Origin: Octopus sinensis | Taxonomy: Eukaryota | Direction: 5' to 3' | Assembly (NCBI RefSeq): GCF_006345805.1 | Contig: NC_043015.1 | Span: 44,268,001-44,332,000 of the forward strand | Length of the DNA: 64,000 nt | Part shown: piece by piece, positions 1 to 12,464 of the stretch | How the letters are laid out: each line of letters starts with the position of its first letter | How positions within the stretch are numbered: the stretch's first letter is position 1 | Translations under genes and position numbers: made by a program | Notes under the pieces: generated by a model | Databases searched by the model: none | Seen by the model: only the letters and a program-made list of their open reading frames with translations | Told to the model about the DNA's origin: nothing

Positions 1-35
1 AGAGAGAGAGAGAGAGAGATGATGATGATGATGAT
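1..35. repeat. (AG)n followed by (GAT)n microsatellite
   Basis: Direct reading of the sequence. Confidence 0.9.
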
Positions 36-365
36 GAAGGCTAGGTAAATGATCTAAGAGATGAGAATTCATGTCAAAGAGGAGAGATGGGTAAATGGAT
101 ATATACACACTAGAGAATGACAAAGAAGCTCGTACAATCGAATTCGAAGGCGGACGAGGGCGAAGCAAGTGGTAAAGGCATATAGCAGAAGATTAAGACC
201 GGTAGATGTTGTCGTGAATATAACAAATTAAGAGCTTGTAAAGAATGTAAGGGCTTAAATAAATAAATGAATTGAGGCTCAAAATTTATAAATAAAATTC
301 ATCCAGAGTGAGGATGGTGAGAAATGTTCGATGATCATATATAGAAATGTTTGCCCAAAGATTCT

Positions 366-778
366 TATTTCTTTACTGCCCACAAGGGGCTACACACATT
401 GGGGGGTGGAACAAATAAACGGATTCAGTCGATTATATCGATACCAGTGCGTAACTGGTACTTATGTAATCAACCCCGAAAGGATGAAAGGCAAAGTCGA
501 CCTCGGAGGAATTTGAACTCAGAACGTAGCGGCTACGAAATACCTATTTCTTTACTACCGAGAAGAAGCTAAACACAGAGAGGACAAACAAGGACAGACA
601 AACGGATTAAGTCGATTATATCGACCCCAGTGCGTAACTGGTACTTAATTTGTCGACCCCGAAAGGATGAAAGGCAAAGTGGACCTCGGCGGAATTTGAA
701 CTGAGAACGTAACGGCAGACGAAATACCGCTTAGCATTTCGCCCGGCGTGCTAACGTTTCTGCCAGCTCATCGCCTAA
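366..778 (-). mobile_element. tRNA-derived SINE family A, dimeric copy (full monomer 546-778 plus 5'-truncated monomer 366-545) with 15-bp TSD
   Basis: Minus-strand head ggcgatgagctggcagaaacgttagc and B-box-like gttc(t)cagttcaaattcc; central gtcgactttgcctttcatcctttcggggtcga; tail gggcagtaaagaaata. Flanked by ttgcccaaagattct (351-365) and ttgcctaaagattct (779-793). Confidence 0.9.
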
Positions 779-789
779 TTGCCTAAAGA

Positions 790-1255
790 TTCTCTCTAGT
801 AAGATTAACAACTGCAATTCGTACAGGAACTGGCAGTCAGCGCTGTTCAAGCTTTTTGTTAGCTATGAAGTCATGGGTCTATTGCAGAGCTAAATTCTAG
901 ATGTGTAGAGATTACTAACTACATTTTTCCAGTACAGAATTGACCATCAGCACTGTTCAAGCTTCTTTTTACCTATGAAGCCGGGGGTCCAATGCAGAGC
1001 TAAAATTTAGAAGTATAGAGATTATTAACTACATTGTTCTAGTACACAACTGGCAATCGGAGCTGTTTAAGCTTCTTCCTGTGGAACCAGGGGTCCAGTG
1101 CAGAGGTAAACTCTAGATTCGTAGAGATTACGAACTACATTGTTCCAGTACAGAACTGGCAATCGGCGCTGGTCAATCTTCTTGTTACCTACGGACCCAG
1201 GGGTCCAGTGCAGGGGTAAACTCTAAACGCGTAGAGATTACAAATTCCATTGTTT
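790..1255. repeat. ~110-bp tandem minisatellite, about 4 diverged units
   Basis: Marker agagatta recurs at 907, 1017, 1123 and 1233 (periods 110, 106, 110); units share ctacattgttccagtacagaactggcaatcggcgctgttcaagcttctt...ggggtccagtgcaga. Confidence 0.9.
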
Positions 1256-1725
1256 CTGTTGATAATCATATTGAATTTTATGAAATAGGTGACGAAATAC
1301 TTATGCGTGTAGGTGTATGTGTTGTACATGAAAGAGTAGAGAATGAAATAGATAGAAGAAATAGGAAGTGAACAAATGGTGGAGAAATGATAATGGGAAA
1401 CTGAACATCTGCCACAAACTCATAAATCCACAATATGATCGTAAAGGAATAAGCGTTCCTGCCTCTAACAGTTCCGTTTTTATTCTTTGAGCGCACCATT
1501 AAACCGTCGAAATTTTCTGATTCCCAACATATATTTTCTCTCTTGCGACGTTCCAGTTTTATTGCGGGCGGACTTTATACCTGAGATTTGCTTCATTGTG
1601 TACCATTCTGACATGATTTTTCATGGTTGTACAAAAGAAGACTCGTTGGGAAATGGTGAGCAAGTTTTAAGGCCAACACTTATAAAAATATGAGGACATT
1701 TATGTATTCACAGACGCATACAAGC

Positions 1726-1729
<4 letters not shown>

Positions 1730-1773
<44 letters not shown>

Positions 1774-1836
1774 GTATATGTATGTATATACATGTATATA
1801 TGTGCATATATATATGCATATCTGTATATAGATGTA

Positions 1837-1903
<67 letters not shown>

Positions 1904-1945
1904 GTGTGTATATATATATATGGATATATGTATGTATATATATAC

Positions 1946-1995
<50 letters not shown>

Positions 1996-2135
1996 ATATA
2001 TCTGTCTATATATACATGTATGTATATATATATATATATATATATTTATGCATACATAATATATATATGTATACAAATATGCATATATAATACATATATA
2101 CATGTGTGCGTATGTGTGTATATGTATATATATAT
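1730..2135. repeat. Compound microsatellite (TG)n/(TATC)n/(TA)n
   Basis: Direct reading; explains the overlapping CV/IY/YLSI ORFs. Confidence 0.95.
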
Positions 2136-2175
2136 GCATAATTTTTTCGCATGATAGATCGGTAGCCGCTTCACA

Positions 2176-2336
2176 CATTTTTTCTCTCCTTTTTTCTTTC
2201 TGTGTTCCTTTATGTGGAAGAGCGTAGGCTCGAAATGATAAAGACTTTTTCAATTCCTGAGCTTTATACTAATACATTTGTTTGTTGTCTACACCACCTG
2301 TCTTCGTCTTTTGTTTTTTTCGTGAATTCTCTCTAT
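2176..2336 (+). mobile_element. Short retroposon family E (Penelope-like tail with hammerhead-like motif)
   Basis: gaagagcgtaggctcgaaa...ttcctgagc...ctaatacat...ccacctgtcttcgtcttttg...ttctctct, shared with copies at 3.5, 6.4, 8.0, 58.8 and 62.4 kb. Confidence 0.8.
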
Positions 2337-2772
2337 GTATGTACAATGTTTGATAATTAATAATTTAAGATGTTCTTCTAAAACCATGACTGTTCACATT
2401 TGACAAATGTGTGCATATATGTATATTAAATAATAAATGACATTTGTGTTTAAGGAGATAAACCAAATGTTTATCAGTGATGATACCTAGTCAGTTGTGT
2501 TTTTTTACACCAACGTAAAGACATATCAGCTTAAATGTTTTCTGTTGATACATCAACAAGAAAAAAAAGAAAGAAAGATAAAAGCGTAGAATAATAAGCT
2601 TTATCAGCAATTTATGGCATTTGTGAAGTATGGTAAATTCAAATTTTTTTGTTATTCTTTCCTTATGTATCTATAATATATTGATTGTTATTAAAATTTT
2701 TTTTATTACTTTGGAGAAATTCTAAATGAATATTAAAATATTTTTAAACTATCAAGTTTATTTGTATATTAA

Positions 2773-2961
2773 ACGGAGGAGTGGCTGTCTGGTAAGAAGA
2801 TTTCTTCCCAACCACATGGTTCCGGGTTCAGTCCCACTGCGTGGTACCTTAGGTAGGTTTCTTCTACTATAGCCTCGGGCCGACCAACTCCTTGCGAGTG
2901 GATTTGGTAGACGGAAACTGAAAGAAGCCCGTTGTAAATATATATATATGTATATACATAC

Positions 2962-3008
<47 letters not shown>

Positions 3009-3235
3009 AGAGTGTGTGTGTGTATGTGTTTGTTGTTTCTGTTTGTTTTTGTCTCCTCGCCATCGTTGGTGTGTTTACGTCCTACATAACTTAGCGGTTC
3101 GGCAAAAAGGTACCAATAGAATAAGTACTAGGCTTACAAAGGATAAGTCCTGGGGTCGATTTATCGACTAAAAGTGGTGCTCCAGCATGGCCGCAGTCAA
3201 ATGTCTGAATCAAGTAAAAGACAGAATAAAAGAAT
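2773..3235 (+). mobile_element. tRNA-derived CORE-type SINE family B, full length with internal (TA)n(TG)n
   Basis: Head ggagtggctgtctggtaag...ggttccgggttcagtccc; CORE-like gtggtaccttaggtagg...ctactatagcctcgggccgacc; tail gcggttcggcaaaa...ctccagcatggccgcagtcaaat...aagtaaaag. Confidence 0.9.
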
Positions 3236-3483
3236 AAGTTATAATGGTTAATACTGTAATATTCGCTTCTGTTTTAAAAGTCACCTTCCATCTGAATTCC
3301 ATATGTAAACAAATAGTTTGTGCTTCGCGTTCGTAGAAAATATAATAAAGCGAGAAAAAATACGAGTGAGTAAATTATTTTAAACTGTATTACATCATGC
3401 AAACAACAACCCCTATCTATAGGATAAAGTTTTCAAATTGCGTTAGACTGCGGTCTTATTGGGGTACCACCTTGAAATTATTT

Positions 3484-3668
3484 AGGGAGAATTCTCAAAA
3501 AACAAAAACAAAAGACGAAGACAGGTGGTGTAGACAACAAACAGAATTTATTAGTACAACGCTCGGGAAGTGGAAAAGTCGTTAACGTTTCGAGCCTAGG
3601 CTCTTCCACAGAAAGGAACACAGAAAGAAACAAGGAAAGAAAATAAAGAGAGAAAAAAGAGAGAATAA
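3484..3668 (-). mobile_element. Family E retroposon copy
   Basis: Reverse complement of the 2176-2336 element; contains acgtttcgagcctaggctcttccacagaaagg. Confidence 0.8.
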
Positions 3669-3778
3669 ATGTTTAGTTAAATATACTTAATGTGAATATT
3701 ATATACTAAATTTATATTGGGTGCTGTATCGTATTAAAGTATTAATACTATTAAGTATTTATGTATTTAATACGAGCG

Positions 3779-4099
<321 letters not shown>

Positions 4100-6388
4100 A
4101 GCAATGTCAACATGACACGCCGATAACATTTCTCTTCTAAAATCTCAATTTCAGTTGTATTACCAATAAATGATCTTATATCACAAGGCTGGTTCAACTT
4201 CAGAATAAACTGTTGCAGTCTTCGTTCAATACATGTGTACATTGTCAATTTACTCTATAATTTATGCATGGTATCTATATGTATATATAATATGAATATG
4301 CGCAATAGACACGCACCTTGAATACCACCCGGAGGGCTGTTTCTCTGCTAGTTACACAAATTAAAACAGATTATATACATTGTAGTTTTCTGTAACCAAT
4401 GGCAGACCCACTGTCTTCCTCGAGATATTAATATAACATTGATATCTGAACGACAAACTGCGTGAGTCTCGTCCAAATGAAAGAACATACAGCTTATCGG
4501 CAATATCCCACTATCTTTTGTTGAATAAAATTCATACGAAGAAGCTAAGTATTTTTCTTGTATTTAGTTAAAGAAATTGTCTTATATGATCCCAGGGGTA
4601 ATCAAAATCTATCTCAGCGCTCAGAGTGGAACTATTTATGCTCAACATGTTATATCGTTGTTATTTATTAAATTTAGTTCTTTGATCAGACTAACGGTGA
4701 CACACACCTGCTAATTCACTTGGAACATTTGAGTGACTATTAGATAAAGTTTTCACTTAAACTGTTAATTTTTACTCGATATCAGCCCAAGTTGTAGGTG
4801 TAGTCTGTGTTAAGGTGTAATTGTTTTTCCTGACAACTGCCTACACTTTATGTACGTTGGAGATTTTCTCCAACTCCCGCTCCTGTCGAAGACTGTAACT
4901 TGATATAATTGTAAATTTCACACAGGTATTTCGGTTGATTAAGAATGACATTTAGAAGAAACTGATCTCCCTAGGCAACAGATTTCATAATGAACATATG
5001 CAGAGATGGATTGCTGCTTTAATTTTACTTGACATGCATTTTCGCTCAGAGAATTAGCTAATATATTATTTGACGGAAAACTTTACAGAAATTCGTTCAA
5101 CGTTGCGACAGTTCATAATCTGGGATAAAACAAAGAAAAAAAAAAACAAGCACATAAACTCTGTAATGTTTAAGAATAACTATTGTCATATTTGGCAATT
5201 CCAAGTAGATTAGTGGCATGTTTCAAAGTAAAACTAATATTACGATAATACATAAGTCGTTGCAGATACTTCAGACACAGTGGTAAATGAAATGTGGCAT
5301 GTAGACTCATACTTAATAGAAATCGCTATAGCAAACCGTCGGAAAGTTAGCTTTATATTATCTACTTCCAGCTTCTTTCTTTAATAATACTATCTACCAT
5401 GACGGCTCGAAAGTTATTCCTCTCGTGTTTGGATCGAATAACTAACACGATTCCATAACACGGTGGAAGAGCTTCAAGAGTCACGTCATAGAAGTGCGAT
5501 AAAGAATTTTGACACATCATATTAGTCAGTTCTTTTTAAAAATAATCAAATGTGAAAACATCTTTTTTTTTTCCCGTGTCCTTATATTGTTGAATATAAC
5601 TCTTCCACGACCTAACATGTTCAGTTACATCGAAATATCTTTCAGATAAAATCACTTATCAAGCAAGCAAGCAAGCAAGCACAACTGTATGTTTCCTTTT
5701 CCCTACTTAATATTTAAAATCCAGTGAGAAACAAATTAACGATAAATGTGTACGACAATGTCATTCTTTAAAATACTGTAGTGTAAAAACTGCAAGCAAA
5801 ACTTTCTGTTATTGAATATTGGTTCCAGGGCTTTTAACCTATTAGAATAATGTTGTAGATTTTCAGGGACGTAGAAACTGCGTAGTATCATGTTATACTT
5901 GATCTCGCTCTTTCCTAAGATTTATATTAGTAAATTTGTATTATATTCTTCATTGTTGACACTCGATGAAATATATAACCCTGATATAATGGAATATATT
6001 CAACTGACTGCAACTACAACTGCTCCTAAACTATACTGGTCGCCTTCAGTTTATATATTGGTATGTTACAGGTATTTACATGATCTATTTCAAAATAAAA
6101 TGTTAAACTGCGTAGGTAATGTAATGAACGATTTTAGACTTAGTAAACAACCAAATAGAGGGCTATTTACTGCAGAACATTGGTCTGGAAGCCGGAGAAA
6201 TGACGAAGATCATCTAGGAAATAGTCATAACAACAGAAACCAGATCAAGGTAAATATGGTTGAGAAGACACCGCAGGCGTAGACTAATTCACTTCTCGCC
6301 GCCCCACACATACGAAGAGTACAGGCTTAGTGGCAAAAGGATTTGACCCTGAGATACCTGCTGGTATATATAAGTATATATTGCGAAG

Positions 6389-6504
6389 AGCGTAGGCTCG
6401 AAACGTAAAAGACTTTCTCTATTCCTGAGCGTTACACTAATACATCTGTTAGTTTTGTACACTACCTGTCTTCGTCCTTTGTTTTTTTTCGTAAACTCTC
6501 CCTA
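6389..6504 (+). mobile_element. 5'-truncated family E copy with 14-bp TSD
   Basis: tatatattgcgaag at 6375-6388 and again at 6505-6518 brackets agcgtaggctcgaaacgtaaaagact...aaactctccc. Confidence 0.85.
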
Positions 6505-7496
6505 TATATATTGCGAAGGATACAGGAGATTAGCTCCTGCAGTTTCTGCTTAAGATTAAGAATCTTCACTGTTTAGATTACCTAATAAACTGTTCGTTTT
6601 TATTTGAATTCTACCCTATGTAAAAGCAATGTGAAGGATGCAATTTCTATGTAAATTCGGTATAGTCCTCTTTTGAAAGATTACACATGACGTTTGTTAA
6701 AAATGGCATCATGTTAATTATGTCAAAGAAGCGTTGCACGTTCTTTGAAATAACCAATTTGGTTTAAATATGAAAAGTAATTATATGTTCAAGATGAGTT
6801 TATCAATTAACTGCTCCATTTTACTTCAGTAATTCAGTGGACCAGTGAGCAGAAGGTTGTGACCTACAGGTGTGTTTGTGCTTGCTGTAACATTTGTCAT
6901 AACATCAGCATGATTTGTGGCTTCTTATATTAAATGGTTTCTTTTAGTTTCAGGGATAGAACCAAACCAAACCGAATCAAATGGAATAAGTCAGATGAAT
7001 TGGCAGAGTGTGTCTTCAGGGCAGAAGTTGCAAATTTCTTTTGCTTTGTAATTATCTAATTTTGTAATTTGTCGATAAGAAAATCAAGTTATCCAAATTA
7101 CGAGTTTTTAGTTCAGAAATTAGATAGAAATTGTCAGTAAGTGTAAACATAATCAGCTCGTTGATAGTAATGATTACAATGTAGAGAAGGGCGAGGAAGG
7201 GATGGGGGAGAGTATAGGTTGAGGAAGAATAAATGCTGGGCATACATAAGGCGGATGACTTCAATAACGTAAAAGCGGCAGAAAGAAAAGAAATTGAATG
7301 ACACAGCAGGCGGCAGATGATTAATTCTTCAAAATAGATTAATCATTAGATCTTGACAACATTCCAAAGCCTGTATGTGTTTTAAATATAGTTCTGAGAT
7401 GTAGGCACCAAGAATAACATTCGCCACTCTGTAATCGGTCAATAGCAGTTTACATAAATCTTATACTTGATATTGGAAGGCATTTAATAAATGGCC

Positions 7497-7538
7497 AGGT
7501 ACATTCGACGCTGATGAGATGCAATTATACCGAAACCT
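7497..7538 (+). ncRNA. Possible decayed type III-like hammerhead ribozyme motif
   Basis: AGGTA-cattcgacg-CTGATGA-gatgcaattatacc-GAAACCT: intact core and stem III (AGGT/ACCT, GUA triplet) but mismatched stems I and II. Confidence 0.3.
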
Positions 7539-7916
7539 CTCTCGAGTTGTTACCGTTCTAAGAAAGAGAAAACACCTTTCATCGTACGTTTCATTTTTGA
7601 TTAAATTTGAATTTATTTGAATTAATAGACTCCCGTGATATGCTGGTCAGAATAAATAATTAAGTAATAATTTGTTTGCATCATGAAGGATATGATTAAA
7701 GATTTTAACCTTTCTTGAATTATCACATTAACTATTTTCGTGTCCGTCTGATACAAAACTATTTGCTTCGTATCAAGCAGGTATATCTGGAGATTAAACT
7801 ATTTTTTTATTCTGACATATATGCGTGCTTATGTGGGTGAATATCTGCATATACCTGTGTACGTGTGTACACATACACACACATATATATATTTACATAT
7901 ACATCTATATACATAC

Positions 7917-7953
<37 letters not shown>

Positions 7954-7980
7954 TAAATAAACACATATAGTCACTACACA

Positions 7981-8136
7981 CACTTTTTTCTCTCCTTGTC
8001 TTTCCTGTGTCCCTTTCTGTAGAAGAGCATAGGCTCGAAACGTGAAATACTTTTTTCTATTCCTGAGCGTTATACTAATACATCTGTTTGTTTTGTACAC
8101 CACCTATCTTCGTCTTTTGTTTTTTTCGTAAACTCT

Positions 8137-8140
<4 letters not shown>
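7981..8140 (+). mobile_element. Family E retroposon copy
   Basis: ccctttctgtagaagagcataggctcgaaacgtg...ttcctgagcgttatactaatacatctg...aaactctccct. Confidence 0.85.
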
Positions 8141-8170
<30 letters not shown>

Positions 8171-8172
<2 letters not shown>

Positions 8173-8501
8173 CGCATGGCTCAGTGATTAGAGCGTCGAG
8201 CTTACGATCGTCAGGTTGTGACCTCGAATCCCGGACTGGGCTGCGTGTTGTGTTCTCGAGCAAGGCACTTTATTTCACGTTGCTCCATTTCACTCAGCTG
8301 TAGAAATGAGTTGCGACGTCACTGGTGCCAAGCTGTATCGACCTTTGTCTTTCCCTTGGATAAAACTGGTGGCGTGGAGAGGGGAGGCTGGTATGCATGG
8401 GCGACTGCTGGTCTTCCATAAACAACCTTGCCCAGACTTGTGTCTAGGAGGGTAACTTTCTAGGTGCAATCCCATGGTCATTCATGACCGAAGGGGGTCT
8501 T
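8171..8501 (+). mobile_element. tRNA-derived SINE family D
   Basis: A-box tggctcagtgatt, B-box-like acctcgaatcc, gtgttctcgagcaaggcactttatttcacgttgctccatttcactcagctgtagaaatgag, tail ggtgcaatcccatggtcattcatgaccgaagggggt. Confidence 0.8.
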
Positions 8502-8525
8502 CATATATATATATATATATGTATA

Positions 8526-8561
<36 letters not shown>

Positions 8562-8847
8562 TGTGTGTGCATGCGTGTATATATGTACGAATTTGTATAT
8601 CTCTATTTATAAATGAATAGTTAGATAAATTCACACATGCACAAAAATATGTACACTCATAGATAGTTTCATATAAGTATATATACAGATTTTAATGACG
8701 GTAAACGCTAATTACCATGAGATACTTAAATTTTAACCTCGATAATTGCTTAAAAGCCTTGTCTTTGGTGGGAATTTCTATCGGTTTCAATTTGGATAGT
8801 CTTCAAGTGCCATCAACCTAAAAATTCACACAGGCGTAGGTATGGCA

Positions 8848-9246
8848 CTCTTTTATTATTTTACTCTTTTACTTGTTTCAGTCATTTGACTGCGGCCATG
8901 CTGGAGCACCGCCTTTAGTCGAGCAGATCGACCCCAGGGCATATTCTTTGTAAGTCTAGTACTTATTCTATCAGTCTCTTTTCCGAACCGCTAAGTGACG
9001 GGGGCGCAAACACACCACCATCAGTTGTCAAGCGATGTTGGGGTTGACAAACTGACAGACTAACATATACACACACATATATACGACGGGCTTCTTTCTG
9101 TTTCCGTCTACCAAATCCACTCACAAGGATTTGGTCGGCCCGAGGCTATAGTAGAAGACACTTGTCCAAGTTTCCACGCAGTGGGACTGAACCCGGAACC
9201 ATGTGGTTGGGAAGCAATCTTCTTATCACATAGCCACTCCTGCGTT
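8848..9246 (-). mobile_element. SINE family B, full length
   Basis: Reverse complement of the 2773-3235 consensus. Confidence 0.9.
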
Positions 9247-9376
9247 TAATATACAAATAAACTTGATAGTATAAAAATATTTTAATATTCATTTCGAATT
9301 TCTCCAAAGTAATAAAATTTTTAATAACAATCAATATGTTATAGATATGTAAAAAATATATATATATATATATATT

Positions 9377-9542
9377 TACGACGGGCTTCTTTCAGTTTCT
9401 GTCTACCAAATCTACTCACAAGGCCTTGGTCGGCCCGAGGCTATAGTAGAAGACACTTGCCCAAGGCGCCACGCAGTGGGACTGAACCCGAAACCATGTG
9501 GTTGGTAAGCAAGCTACTTACGACAAAGCCACTCCTGCGCCT
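9377..9542 (-). mobile_element. SINE family B, head/CORE half only, ending in (TA)n
   Basis: acgacgggcttctttcagtttc...cccaaggcgccacgcagtgggactgaaccc...gccactcctgcgcct. Confidence 0.9.
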
Positions 9543-9991
9543 ATGTTAACGTTTTCAACAAAAGTGATAGAAAAAGATGCCAGATTTAAAATATATTTCG
9601 ACGAAACACTTGAACGTGATTACCACATTTTAATGGCATAAAAATTAGAATTATGAAAGAATAATATCAGCACAGATACGAATTGAGTATATTTTCAGGA
9701 AAAAATAATGAAATTGGTAGAAACTGTAACTGTATATCATAAAAAAATTTCATCTCTAAATATGAGCTCAGGTTCAAAATGATAATGAATATAGAGAAAA
9801 CCTCACCTCACCGGTTTTAGCTCAGTTTATTGATAGCTATAATAATATAATCCTATGGAATTGGTATTATTATTTTTGATAACGTGATTTAATAATCGTT
9901 CAAAATAATTTTGGCATAAGATCAGCAATTTTGAGGTCAGGCACAAATCGATTATCGCGCCTCCAATGAAAGGCAGTGTAGGCCTCAGCTG

Positions 9992-10383
9992 GTGGAGGCG
10001 CAATGGCCCAGTGGTTAGGGCAGCGGACTCGCGGTCGTAGGATCGCGGTTTCGATTCCCAGACCGGGCGTTGTGAGGGTTTATTGAGCGAAAATACGTAA
10101 AAAGTTCCACGAGGCTCCGGCAGGGGATGGTGGTGATCCCTGCTGTACTCTTTCACCACAACTTTCTCTCACTCTTACTTCCTGTTTCTGTTGTACCTGT
10201 ATTTCAAAGGGCCGGCCTTGTCACTCTCTGTGTCACGCTGTATATATCCCCGAGAACTATGTTAAGGGTACACGTGTCTGTGGAGTGCTCAGCCACTTAC
10301 ACGTTAATTTCACGAGCAGGCTGTTCCGTTGATTCAGATCTACCGGAACCCTCGTCGTCGTAACCGACGGAGTGCTTCCATCC
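9992..10383 (+). mobile_element. tRNA-derived SINE family C, full length with 12-bp TSD, nested in an old family A copy
   Basis: A-box tggcccagtggtt, B-box-like gtttcgattccc, tail gtcgtaaccgacggagtgcttcca; aggcctcagctg at 9980-9991 and 10384-10395. Confidence 0.92.
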
Positions 10384-10963
10384 AGGCCTCAGCTGATTTT
10401 GAACCGAGAATGTATTGGTTTGTCCGGAAAGATCGTTCCGGTTTTTTGTAGCTTACTTTTCGGCATCTGTACTCAGAGCATGGAGACGGACTAAATACCA
10501 GTTATTATTTTTCTCGGCGTAAATTTAGTTAAATATTAAAACTGAGTTCTGTCGATAATCTTAAGTCTGTCTTGGAAAGTTGATTATTTTGGAATCGTAA
10601 CATCTTAGCCAATCTAAAAGATGATTGAAGCCGAGCCTCATAAAATTGCTAAAAAGCAAAAATAAAATCGTAGAGCATTAAAATTTGACTTCTTCGTTAA
10701 AACATGCTGCGTTAATTTGTATAATTACAATAAATTAATTACCTTTTCTAATTAGTAACATCTTCTGGTTTCTGTTGCATATTTTGGCTCGCGATACACA
10801 ACTCTCTTAGTGCTTTCTTTTAAATCAAGTGTTAAATAGTACAAAATTAAGAAAAAAATCAGGTGAACTGTGGCTTCTTCAGTAAGATAAACTATAAGGA
10901 AAGCATTCTGCTTTTAAAGTGCACAACAGTATCCCAAAATATTAAAAATACCAACGTATACTA

Positions 10964-11369
10964 TTTTACTCTTTTAGTTGTTTCAGTCATTTGACAATGG
11001 CCATCTGCAGCACCGCCTTTAGTCGAGCAAATCGACCCCAGGACTTATTCTTTGTAAGCCTAGTACTTATTCTATCGGTCTCTTTTTGCCGAACCGCTAG
11101 TTACGGGGACGTAAACATACCAGCATCGGTCGTCAAGTGATGTTGGGGAGACAAACACAGACACTCAAACATATACACACACATATATATATACATACAT
11201 ATATACGAGAGGCTTCTTTCAGTTTCCGTCTACCAAATCCACTCACAAGGTTTTGGTCGGCCCTAGGCTATATTAGAAGACACTTGCCCAAGGCGCCACG
11301 CAGTGGGACTGAACCCGAAACCATGTGGATGGTAAGCATGCTACTTACCACACAGCCACTCCTACGCCT
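10964..11369 (-). mobile_element. SINE family B, full length
   Basis: Matches family B head, CORE-like region and tail on the minus strand. Confidence 0.9.
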
Positions 11370-12114
11370 ATTGTGCAATAATTGTTGACCTCTTTTTTCA
11401 TATGTAACGAAATGCCGTTAGATATAAAACTATTGTCGGTAACTCAATATGTCTGCATTTAAGAGTAGGAATCTAATTTGAACCATGGAGTGAATTGGAG
11501 TGATGTAACACAATGACGCTAAATTGAAACAATTCGTTTATATTCTCTCCACTCCAATTAGTTCGTACCCATATACGTGTGTGTGTATGTGTGTGTTTGT
11601 ACATACTTATATCGTTGTTACCACCATATCTTTTGGGAGACAAGGAAAATTTCAACTTTTTCCTCCCTCTCCTTTCTCATCTTCCTTCCTCACGAATCTC
11701 CTATTCTCTCACTGTGCTGGCACATCGTATGCAATGTCTATGTATATTTGTTCATCAGTAATAGTCTCATGTTCAAGTTACTACAAAAGCCATTGTTAGA
11801 AGCTGATGTATTCCACGCTTTGTCGTCTTCATGCCTGAAACTGTTTTCTGTTTCGATCGTCGTCGGCTTTTTCCTAGCGTTTCCTCACAGCAAAGCCCCA
11901 GTGTAAATGGTTCGTTTCTACGATATCTCACGTAGTCCGTTCAATGCATTGTGATGCAGTACTATACCTACATGACCCTAAATCTTAAACAAGGTCGGCT
12001 TTTCAGACGGAAATCTCACTTATACTATACGGTATATCCTGTGTGTGTATTTGTAAACATGCGTATGGGTATATATCAGCATGTTTGTATACAAATATGC
12101 GTGTATGTGACTTA

Positions 12115-12209
12115 ATGAGAGACAGAGAGAGTGGGAGAAATAGGGAGAGAGAAAGAGTGACAGAGAGAGAGAGAGAAAGGGCGAGAGAGAGAAAGAGAGA
12201 GAGAGAGAA

Positions 12210-12240
<31 letters not shown>

Positions 12241-12243
12241 AGA
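12115..12243. repeat. (AG)n-rich microsatellite
   Basis: Direct reading. Confidence 0.9.
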
Positions 12244-12426
12244 TATTTACCAATTATCGTATATTTAATCAATTATTTTGACATAGACCCGGCCAAATGT
12301 GTCAATTTAGCTAGAATCTAATTTGAGGAGACATCATTTTTAAGCAGACATTTTAAACACATTTTGTATATTCACAACGGACATTTCCATATGTTGCAGA
12401 CCACCACCATGAGAAAGAGTGAAAAG

Positions 12427-12439
<13 letters not shown>

Positions 12440-12464
<25 letters not shown>

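Noticed and set aside
790-1255. Regularly spaced repeats as a possible CRISPR array or coding repeat
   Set aside because: The units are contiguous diverged tandem copies without unique spacers, the context is eukaryotic with no cas genes, and the period is not a multiple of 3.
4097-4248. Minus-strand peptide ERRLQQFILKLNQPCDIRSFIGNTTEIEILEEKCYRRVMLTLLQ as a GIY-YIG remnant or exon
   Set aside because: Only a vague resemblance; no GIY/YIG motif and no clear splice sites. An HMM search would be needed.
5890-6282. 130-aa ORF with a possible donor site (aag|gtaaat near 6249)
   Set aside because: No recognisable domain or codon bias; within chance length for this window.
9992-10075. tRNA-like heads of SINE families A-D as real tRNA genes
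   Set aside because: They have A/B boxes but no complete cloverleaf, and they run directly into SINE bodies with TSDs.
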